NCBI GenBank assembly: GCA_051362555.1
Contig: CM120643.1
Location: 13,800,644 to 13,864,643 of the forward strand
DNA: 64,000 nucleotides
Direction of reading: 5' to 3'
Origin: Lingula anatina
Lineage: Eukaryota; Animalia; Brachiopoda
The notes under the pieces: generated by a model
The model's database searches: none
Told to the model about the DNA's origin: nothing
The model's input: only the letters and a program-made list of their open reading frames with translations
Translations under genes and position numbers: made by a program
In this document: positions 37,576 through 47,648 of the stretch, in pieces
Position numbering within the stretch: the first letter of the stretch is position 1
How the letters are laid out: the number at the start of each line of letters is the position of its first letter

Positions 37576-38229
37576 CGACTACTTCATTGTGTCTGCACTG
37601 GTTTAAAGGTTATTATGAACCGAGCAACGATGGGGCATGGATTTCCAGTATCGCATATAAACCGCTTCTATTAGGCTTCGTTCACATGCAATGTCTATTT
37701 TCTAAATTCTATTTTCTATTCGCGGTATGTCTTATGATCACGGTCTGTGCCCTGAATATCCCGCGGCGTAATTACTGGCAGCGCGAGCCAGTTACTATAC
37801 TCGCGCTGCCAGTAACTTATAGTAACTGGCTCGCGCTGCCAGTAATTACGCTGCGGGATATTCAGGGCACAGACCGTGATCATAAGACATACCGCGAATA
37901 GAAAATAGAATTTAGAAAATAGACATTGCATGTGAATGAAGCCTTAGTGTCTTATACTACTTAAATAAAGTCGAAATGCCAAGGGATTAACCGAATTCAT
38001 CACTCGGATCAGCCATAAAAGAGCTTTTAACTGCACTTCCTTTAAATTTTTGGTCGTAAACTTTACTTATCTGACCTACTTATTTCTCCAATTTTATATT
38101 CAGCATAGAAAGCAAGCAGAAAAATCTCCTAAAATATAATTTTTCGGGTTTTATGAAACATTTGGTCGACCTTCGTAGCAAAAAAAAATTGAGTTCATCT
38201 GCATCTTTAAGATCCGATAACTTAATGTC

Positions 38230-38275
<46 letters not shown>

Positions 38276-38588
38276 GGTATTTTGCATTACAAGCCTGAAC
38301 GCAGCTAACTTCTTCACGTGCATCGTGCATCTTGAAAAAGGAGAAACAGCCTTGTTTGTACGAGGGGACGATGCACCGAATTTCCCATACCGCAACATAG
38401 TCGAGAACATCATGCCCGTTGTTTTTTTACCTACAACACCGGGTATAAGCAGCACAATTCTTCGCACAGAGATATTTTCTAAAATACGAAAAGATAACGA
38501 CGGGTATTTGAGTGACACAGCCTTGTCGTCGACGAGAGAAAGCGTTTCAAAGCGGATAAGGGTTAGAGCGAGGGTGAAGTCCCTGTAG
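34652..38588 (+). CDS. Single-domain cytidylyltransferase (CTP_transf_like, HxGH; TagD glycerol-3-phosphate CT / ECT-like), paralog A; 3 exons, 201 aa
   Basis: Exons 34652-34837, 35253-35360, 38277-38588 (all phase 0). Motifs YTIGCFDLFHEGH, LIVGVHD, FVRGDD, VVFLPTTPGISSTILR. Confidence 0.88.
35606..37330 (+). mobile_element. Truncated PIF/Harbinger-superfamily transposon in intron 2 of cytidylyltransferase A
   Basis: Left-end-like AGAGAGCTTTCGCAA at 35606; DDE_Tnp_4-type transposase; convergent coiled-coil remnant (LAFEKERFELEKKEREAK) on the minus strand at 37130-37260; no matching right TIR seen. Confidence 0.8.
35900..36951 (+). pseudogene. Harbinger-type DDE transposase (HARBI1-like DDE_Tnp_4) with one frameshift at ~36360
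   Basis: ORFs 35900-36388 and 36394-36951 join as ..DKIH/KGAPLQNCIGFVDGT..; catalytic GFVDGT, YGDPAY, VEWEFG; also YNGHKRIHALKFQ and LRRFSYPNR. Confidence 0.88.
37674..37943. mobile_element. 270-bp almost fully palindromic MITE with TTA TSD (PIF/Harbinger type)
   Basis: TTA|GGCTTCGTTCACATGCA...TGCATGTGAATGAAGCC|TTA; ~125-bp arms nearly perfectly complementary. Confidence 0.88.
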
Positions 38589-39963
38589 AGGGCCCTGTAG
38601 TTCGTGAAAATTCTCTTAACCGTATACCTGTTGAAGGCATCTTTATATTGAAAGACGTTTGGTTGTTATTCGTTGTTACTTTATTATTCCTTTATTATAA
38701 AAAGGATTGATATTTTCATTACCGACATGTGTTATATGGAAGATGAAATATACAAAATGTGTTTTTGACTGACAAAAACATGGCCTCAATTCAGAACTAC
38801 AGTGCATGCATTTCGGGTTTTTTTTTTTTTTTTTTTTTTTTGCAAGTTCAGATCATGGTCCATTGCAAAGCATATTACAATTAGTGTATTAAAGTCCAAT
38901 GGCGAATAACGTCAATGTCCGGTTGATAACCCCCGATTCTCTGGGTAACTTGCAAGTGATAAAAATGTGCAGAATATTACTGATATGACTAGAAAGTATC
39001 AGTAATTTATGTTTATGCACCAGAAAGAGACGTTTTCCCCTTAATATAGCAAACATGTAGCTATGAAAAATCAGCTCTGCCCTTAATACTGCCAATAATG
39101 TCAACCTCTGATATGTTCTAATGTACATATGGCAGAAAAATTGTTTTCAAGTTGCAACAATATGCATTGTTATATACTGTTTGTGCAAATATTAACAAAC
39201 TGCTGTTCTTTTATAATAATCCTAAATATGTCATAGTTCCGTGTGTTTTGAAACCGTTAAAAATCCAGGCTCCAGTTTTATAAAGTGCTTTGCACTAACC
39301 AACGGTAAAATCTTCTAAAAACTCGGTTAAATTTATACGTTATTTACAAGTAGATAAATTTCCTTTATGTCTCCTTATTTACCCAAGCGAAAATATAAGT
39401 AAAGGACAAACACAAATATGGTTCGAAATTGGGCCGATAGAGGTCCCTCTAGTAAAAGAAAAGTGTTAGTTATTACATGGTATATTGCATTAGATAATGT
39501 CAATTTAATTAAAATTACGTAATGTTATAGCATAAAAAATAAATATCAAAACAAATAGTGCACATATTTTCATTTGTGGGGTTGCAAAGAGGCCTTTTCG
39601 AGCCATTAAACAGATTAAATCTAGGCTCCGTGGTTTAATTGCTAGTTCCTGCAGGGATGGCGCCTGTGGAGGCGGGTAGACCATCAAGGAATTAGTCGGC
39701 ATTGCTTTTAAGTGGGTCAGCTATATTTGATCCGCGGATCTGATGGTCATTTCAAAGATTGTGTGCACACAATAAAATAAAACAATATTTTTTTAAAGTA
39801 ACACCATGGGTTTTGGGGAAATTCCAGATATTGGCTGGATAACTTGTTCATAGCAACCAATCGCTTGTTAACATGTTTAAAACTGTTTTTTTTTTAACTG
39901 TCCTTTATACAACACGATTTTAAACACCGTTCAGTAAACCTGTGTTTGGAGCATTAATTAGGC

Positions 39964-40498
39964 TTATTACCTCCGCCAAGGAGGTTATGTTTTCACCCCT
40001 GTTTGCTTGTTTGTTTGTCATCAATATAACTCAAAAAGTTATGGGTGAATTTCGATGGAATTTTCAGGGTAGGTCAGAAATGGGTTAACTTAGAAGTGAT
40101 TAGTTTTTAGTGGTGATCTGGATCAACAATCAATCAAAAATCAATAATCAGAAATAAAAAACTAAGTTATGGACCAATTTTGATAAAATTTTCAGGAACT
40201 GTCAGAAGTAGGCCAAGGAACAGGTGATTAGTTTTTGGTGGTGATCTGGATCAATTATCAATCAATAATCAGAAATCAGAAATCAAAATACTAAGTTATG
40301 GGCCGATTTTGAAGAAATTTTCAGGAACTGTCAGAAGTGGGCCAAGGAACAGATTATTAGTTTTTGGTGGTGATCTGGATCAATAATCAATCAATAATCA
40401 AAAATAAAAAAAACAAAATCATTATAGAATGAAAATTTAGGGGTGAAACGGCATTGGATGGAGACTTTGCTGCCTTGGCGGAGGTCTGCGCTCTAGTT
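39964..40498 (+). mobile_element. Helentron-associated non-autonomous element (HINE/DINE-like) with three internal ~120-bp tandem repeats
   Basis: ttattACCTCCGCCAAGGaggtt start, (tgtt)n tract, repeats containing ggtgatctggatcaa, end CCTTGGCGGAGGTctgcgctctagtt (subterminal inverted repeats). Confidence 0.75.
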
Positions 40499-40866
40499 AG
40501 GCTTTCATTAGGCTTACACGCGTATGTCGGCTAGTACCAAACGCCCTTTATAAAACTGGGCCCAGGAAAAGGGAAAGCAAGTGCCCAGTGGGCTAGACAT
40601 GCAAGTGTGCACTCTGGGGCTATCATTTAATGAATGAAACTATGCACATGTAGGTCATGACCTTTAATGATTACGTTTATGCATGTCCCTTAAAGGCATA
40701 TGCATAGTACTTTTCACCCAAAAAATGTGCTGCGTTTGCACAGGCTAATCACATCTTACAATCATAGTTCCTTTGTATTGATAAGTGATTGACGTCAGGT
40801 TGCCATCAAAGCGGATAGAAGTCACAAAATATACATCCAGGACAATGCATCTGTGTCTAAATTTGC

Positions 40867-41787
40867 TTAGAAGGTAAAAGGGACAGCAGTTGCTAAGGTA
40901 GGTAAGGGGAATGGAGACAACGACATGTTCTTCGTTTTAAAAACATCTGTAGATAGTTCTTTTGTATTTCCAACAAACGAAAGCCTCTCCAATGAAGTCA
41001 CTGTGAAAGATGGTTCAATTAAAGTCTCTGTCTTTGATGTAGTCATCTTATTTGACTTCTCATGTATCGTAGAATAATCAGTCGTCGTCACAGTTTGTGT
41101 GAATGGCGTCATGGTGTTAGAAGAGAACGACACGGTGTTGCTAGATAACGTCACAGTATCTGTTGATAACGTCATAGTATCTGTAAATAACGTCACAGGA
41201 TCGGTCCACATCCATGACGCATACGATATCATAATTGGTAAGCTTGTCTCTGACGGGGGATCATCAACCCACTTTGCTGACTCTCCGAACCCTTGGAAAT
41301 GAGTTGGGTGTGCATATATGATATTAGGCGCCGTCAGTTCTTTAAGAGAGTTAGCTTCAGCGATGTCATTTGACGTCTCCAGCGCTGTTCTCACAGCTGA
41401 GGCGGTAATTTCGTGTGTTGTTGCCCAGAGGAGCTCCAGAACAGTCATTTTCGTCTCGTCAAAGGGTGCCGTAGAGTTAGAGCCAATTCTCATTGAAGGT
41501 GTCCACATCCAAGACCAATAAGACACCATTATTGCTAGACTAGTGTCGGAGGGTGTGGCGTGCAACCAATCGGGTTCAGACGGTAGAGGCAGTACGGTTG
41601 ATGATGCCTCAATAATGTTTGCCCCCGATGTTGCACCTGTTATACAAATAGGGTGCAATGTTGCTGTTATCACTAGCAGTACTGTATAATAATTCCAACA
41701 CGTCATAATAACCAACGGCAATGCCATTTTAGCACAAAGTATAAGTTGCATGTCCATCCGTTGTATGTCTGTAAGGCTATCCGACAT
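40867..41787 (-). CDS. Probably secreted Thr/Ser-rich protein with two W-rich motifs, paralog B (likely start MQLIL at 41751)
   Basis: 306-aa single-exon ORF, strongly similar to 32221-33021; hydrophobic N-terminus; PSDTSLAIMVSYWSWMWT and PSETSLPIMISYASWMWT motifs. Confidence 0.72.
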   Translation of the reverse strand: MSDSLTDIQRMDMQLILCAKMALPLVIMTCWNYYTVLLVITATLHPICITGATSGANIIEASSTVLPLPSEPDWLHATPSDTSLAIMVSYWSWMWTPSMRIGSNSTAPFDETKMTVLELLWATTHEITASAVRTALETSNDIAEANSLKELTAPNIIYAHPTHFQGFGESAKWVDDPPSETSLPIMISYASWMWTDPVTLFTDTMTLSTDTVTLSSNTVSFSSNTMTPFTQTVTTTDYSTIHEKSNKMTTSKTETLIEPSFTVTSLERLSFVGNTKELSTDVFKTKNMSLSPFPLPTLATAVPFTF

Positions 41788-44700
41788 AACATACAGGTCT
41801 TACTGTGTCATGCGAGATCTATTTCGTGACAGTACAGCCATGCATTATCCTAAGCTTGATGTTGCGGCGGACACGCAGTACGAAGCTGGCCGTTCTTGAA
41901 TCAGTTGTATAGACCCGATGAAATATTACCCCAGGCATACTCAACATATTCAGTGGGCTCTCGATTGCATACCATTGTGGAGTGCGGCGATTCAGGTATC
42001 AAGGTAGGTATAGGTGCATGCAATGTACTTGAAGGTAGGCTGGTGATTTACCGTCCGTCCGTTCAGAAGACCGAATAGGGGTAAATATAGTACACCCTGA
42101 AAATAGAGCAAAAGGCAAATTTCACTCGATGTAAATCTGGTACAAGGAACAGCTTCTTAAACAGTCTTACGACTACCGATTGAACACTTACATCAGATAC
42201 ATATCGCTTGCGCTAAGACAACCTGCTCGTAAAAAAGCCAAAGATTGTGCTTCAAATGCCTGGTGGGAAAAAGACACGGCAAAAACATCAGTATATGTGT
42301 ACTTATGTGCTTTTTATTTAGAAGTATAGAGAAATTAATGAGGTAAAAACATCGATAGATAATTAACCGACACGTCAAATTTTGTCCAAAGCATCGTCAT
42401 AACATTTTGAAGTACATTGTACCTCATCGTAGATATCGAGGTTTCATTTCTGATACTTGCCGGCCAGCATCAAACTTCAAATCTTCACATGTGCACCATT
42501 GACGTAGTGGCATAAGTCATGAAAGTTTACCCCGCCCAACACACACGGTCCTATCACAGAGGCCTCTATACTGTGTAACAAAACTGTAACCATGTGATCG
42601 AACGCAATCACAAACGCGCATTTACCATCTATAGTCACTGTGCCTCCATAATAGGACATGTGATGTAGTTTATAAGACCTCATTCCCATACTTAGATCGA
42701 TCTAGCAGGATCGACCCATCTCCGAGGGTATCCTTGCTAAATTGCATTCAGATTAAGCGGCTAAGATGCCTGGCACGCCTACTGAAGCTGCTAAAGTATA
42801 GTTACATTGCCTCCTAACAGCTTCAGTAGGCGTGCCAGACATCAGAGACGCTTTTATAAAAGCTGAATGCAATTTAGCGAGAAACCCATAGGAGAGTAGA
42901 TCGATCTAGGCGTGGGAATGGGGTCTATGACCCCCGTGCAGATCTTCACAAGGAAAAGGATAACAGACTCAGTAGAATTTATTTCACATAAACCCGATGT
43001 TTTGTTTGAGGAATGCTCGAAGCTGGCCTTGAAATTGCTGCAAACAGTGACTTAGCGGCATTAATATGCTACTTTTTTTTCCTCGGGATAAAGCCCCAAC
43101 TCTAAAAACGCGTCCATCCATAAATCAGGCAGGCGGGAGTCAGTTTAGGTACGGGTCAACCATGCATCATCATATAGGAGGTGACCACGCAAGTATTGAT
43201 AGCGGTCTGAATTGCTAGACACAGCAGACTTACCGAGAAGCATGCGAAATACGTAAGTGCTTTATATAATACGTAAGGGACATCTACACGTAGTAAACCA
43301 CTGTGACCAATGAACTTATTTAAATTGTATCTCATTGCTATGTTACTTCAGTTCAAAAATCTAATGCATATTGACTATGTCACACTATTTTAATGTCCTC
43401 ATTTCAAAACACAAAATTGTTGATCAAGCTCTCACCCCCCCCCCCCCAAAAAAAAAAAAAAAAAAAACTGGAACTATGCCTTAGTCCTTAAGGTTCAGTT
43501 AACTGTAGAGTTTCCATTCCTCTGAATCTAAAAAAACGCAAAATTGACAACACCACGCGTAAGAATGCAAATGCAAAGCGCTAGCTCAAATTCGATCAAG
43601 AAGTATTTAAATACTCTCGCCATTTTGGCTAATGAATCTATCACCCGTCCATGATTGTAGAAGGTCAGCTTCTGAAACAGAAAACTACGGATTCTACGGG
43701 ATACTGCGCGCGGCAAAGAATTCATTATTAAAAAGAAACACTGTTTATATGACGCTGGAATGAAGTCCCCCTACCTAAGTTACAGCGGATTGTTCAACTT
43801 CCACACGAACACCATGTACCAAATGGCTGATTCCTCTTGTACGCACTACGTATGGAGACCAGCACTCACAGACTGAGTCGGTCCCATCCGACAATGTCAG
43901 TTGCAAAAACAAAAAAAAATTATCTATTGCTGGATATCAATCATCTAAAACTAAGCCAATCAGAGTGCAGAATTGCCCCTCCCTCCCACTTTCCACTCGG
44001 CCGACCACTAATTGAAAGTGCTCAATGTGGTATAAGAACAAAGGGTTGCGGGGCAGGAAGAAGACTTCACCATAAAGATAAAGGTGTCAGTAGAAATCTT
44101 GTCATTTAGACTAGTACCTGTGTTCTGATCTTCCTATGAATAGAATTGACTTTTTGTGAAGTGGGTTAGTACACGGAGTATCCTTGGTAAATATAACATG
44201 GACATTTGTCTCAAGAACATAAGTGGACGTTAACCCCCTCTGATAACATATTAAAAAGAAATTTAAAGTTGAATGTTCTGGTTTATCAGTAAAAAAATTA
44301 GGCTTTCAATGTGCGTCCCGATACATTCCAACTGACGTTAAAGAAAATTTAATAATTTGCTTGCCGATTTGATTTTTCTTTATTATTATACGTAGTCAAG
44401 TATTTGATTATAGCAAAATACCTATAGCCAAAGCTTTTCTTTCCAAAGATCATTTTGAAGCGCAAATGATTAAAAAGGGCAAATGATTTAAGGGATAACA
44501 ATTATTTGTATGAAATCTATATTTCACGAGAAATACATTGTAAACAAATCATAAATTCATAGAAATATAATAAATTCCATTTTACCACCAAAACGGCAGT
44601 TATCACAGTTATTCTGGAACCCGTTCTTGCCATCAGACCATGTAACCTCCATATATGTCTACCCACTGTATATTATCACTTATGAGAATGTTACAAAAAA

Positions 44701-44995
44701 CTAAACTTTTGAGAAAAGAAACAAGAACTAACTTTAAATGTCGAAACGGATTCATTAACTATTGGTAAACATGGGAGAATTGTTGTTTACCCAAGGGAAA
44801 TCCATTTTCTGGCCAAAAGGAACAGTCGAAAACCCTTTTAAGCACAAGTCAATGAACTGTTTTGATTGGTGTGAGGGGGGCTTGGCAGGGACTTGGAACG
44901 TGGCAGTGCCTGAGTAGTTATGCAACCAATTTATAGCTCCGTCATTATCATTACAGAGTGCAGAAAAGTGCTTTGCGCGTTGTTTGCAGTTTAAG

Positions 44996-45285
44996 TAATA
45001 GATAGACCCCGAGTCAGCGAGAGTTATGTGGCATACACGAGTGCGTTATTTAGACCACGGGTCCTTTAGCGGGATATAACGCATTCATGCGGTATAAATG
45101 CTTTGCGCGTTGTTTGCAGTTTAAGATACAATTTAGACCACGGTGGAAATAAAGAACAAAAGACTTAGCCGTGGTGTAACCGCACGTCTGGCATGAATGC
45201 GTTATAACCCGCGAATGGACCCGTGGTCTAAATAACGCACTCGTGTATGCCACATAACTCTCGCTGACTCGGGGTCTATCTATTA
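44996..45285. mobile_element. Palindromic non-autonomous element with ~95-bp arms
   Basis: taatagatagaccccgagtcagcgagagttatgtggcatacacgagtgcg... and its reverse complement ...ctcggggtctatctatta. Confidence 0.8.
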
Positions 45286-45869
45286 CATAGCAGGTAAAGT
45301 GTAAAAAACCTAATTTTCAAATTGTTTGTTTGTTTTCCAAGCAGAAGTGGAGAACAACCTCTCTTGGTTAGCAGAATTACTGTATCTCAATATATCTCAA
45401 CATATTGGTTGAATAGAGACGGTATTTCTTTAAAACAGGGATGGGGCTTCCATAAAAAATTGATCCTTTGAGTAGCGTCAGGAACGAACACAGTTTGTTA
45501 AATATTTGCACAATTGCTTCATATTACAGGTACAGTACATGTACGTTTCAATTCATTTTGATTTCCTTTCATAATGGGGGATACTATAAGGCCGAAATTA
45601 CATCACACACCATTGTGGATTGTAAAAAGTATTTTGAGATCTTGTTTGTCAGATAGAATCATTTCACACTTTGGTTTGGGCCAAGAACGCAAAACGTCAA
45701 CAATATACACGTGGTCAAGTCCTGGAGTCGCCTATTGCGTGTGTAACGGTTTAGAATCGTTGTATTATATAGAAAGGAAACAAATATCTATCCGTCGAGA
45801 CTGTATCAATCAGGGGCGGATTGAGGCCATCTTCTGGGTCTTCCGGAAGACGGTCAGATTTTCAAGTTT

Positions 45870-45955
<86 letters not shown>

Positions 45956-47648
45956 CTGTCGGAAGACGGTCAAAAAATGGAGGATGTATCAACAAAGATC
46001 ATTTGGAAGACTGTCAGATAGTATCTCTGGATCCGCCCCTGTCAATGTAAGCATTTTAATTGTGGGGTGAAATACCATGCTCGATAGTGCGATGCTTACT
46101 CTCTTATGGTATGCGGTCATGCACTTTTCGGACTTTTAGGGGGTCATAACCTGGACAAAACAGGGTAATGGACAAGAACCATGGGTAATGCAGACTCAAT
46201 ATTTCTTTGCGATAACCATTTTACAGACACTGAGCTTAATATATAGAGAAATGCCAGGTGTGGCCAAATAACAACCCCAAATTATTTCAAACAGGCTTTG
46301 ATTTAAAAAAAGATCAACCCAAGGTTTAAACTTATCTCCTGACATTCAATGTAATAACGCTTAATTTTGCATGTTATCTAGCAGATACCTCCAGCACATT
46401 AACGTTTTCGACTCATATCCAAAAATGCAAAGTTCTCTGTTTCCGTGCATTAAAAAGGGACCAAGTTAAAAGTTAAATATGCATTCCGTTGGACCTCAGG
46501 TAGATTTTATCGTGTGCATCTAGTATTCAAATATATTATCAGTCTGAAGAGACACATAAGACCGTTTAACATTAAATGTGGTCTATGTCAATGGTTAAAG
46601 TGCGTGATGGTAAACATTGTAATTTATCTTGTTAATTTATTTATGTTGAGCGTGTCCAGATGTCGGCACAAAGGGTTACTGACCCTTTGACCAAGACAGA
46701 TTAGGCCGCATTCAGAACAGTGGACTAGCTAGTACGCGGGTCAAATATGGCGACCCACTAAAAAACTTGCCGTCTAATCCGCTAATAGACACTGAATAGA
46801 TTCCCCGTGGGGAAGTATTCAAGCGGTTCGGACATATTTGACCCTCGGCCTAGTAAGTCCACTGTTTTGAATGCTATTTAGAAAACGTGTTAGTAAATGA
46901 AAAAAAAATCAAAGAAAGTCCTGTAAATTCTGGTCCCAACACTTTGCAAACGCCTAAACGAAGAAACTCCTACCAAATTCAAAATTAGACATATTGTACG
47001 TAGTCCTTGATTAAGACTTGAGTCACGAGTAAAAATTAAAAAAATTACTAATACTATCGTGTTAGGCCGCATTCACAACCAAAATTTATTCGCGGATCAA
47101 ATATCGCCGACCCACTTGAAAGCGTAACTCATGATCCCCGCACGAATATCTATTTAGTGCCTTTTAGGGGATTTTGCGGCAAGCTTTCAGATGGGTAGGA
47201 TCAACTTGTTCTGAATGGACCATTATACTGAAAGCTTCTTAAAGAAAACTCGAATTGCAGCTTGTGTGAAGTGAAGGGCGGAACTTTGTTTCTTACTTTT
47301 CTTCATCAGTAGAAATCGCAGTAAAAAAAACAACTTTTTGCTTGGTCGTTATGGAACCTGCTGTGGCGATGTCCTTGGTTTATAAAATGTAAGAAGACTA
47401 AATCTATAACCTAAAGATTTGCTTGGTTGCACCGCAGGTTATAGCCTCCTTAACACAATTTGCATACTACTCCCTAAGCTCCTCGATTTACCATCTAAAC
47501 ATATCTTTTTAAGCCAAGTAAGCACATTGGTTGTCGTAATTGTAATTTGTCTTATTAATTTATTTATAATGAGTTTACAACGAATTTAATAATGTATGTG
47601 TTTTATCTCTTTAGTAATTGCAGCTCGACCTTTGACTCTAGATGTAAG

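Noticed and set aside
37491-37931. Mirror-image ORFs on both strands
   Set aside because: Artefact of the palindromic MITE plus the (AT)n tract.
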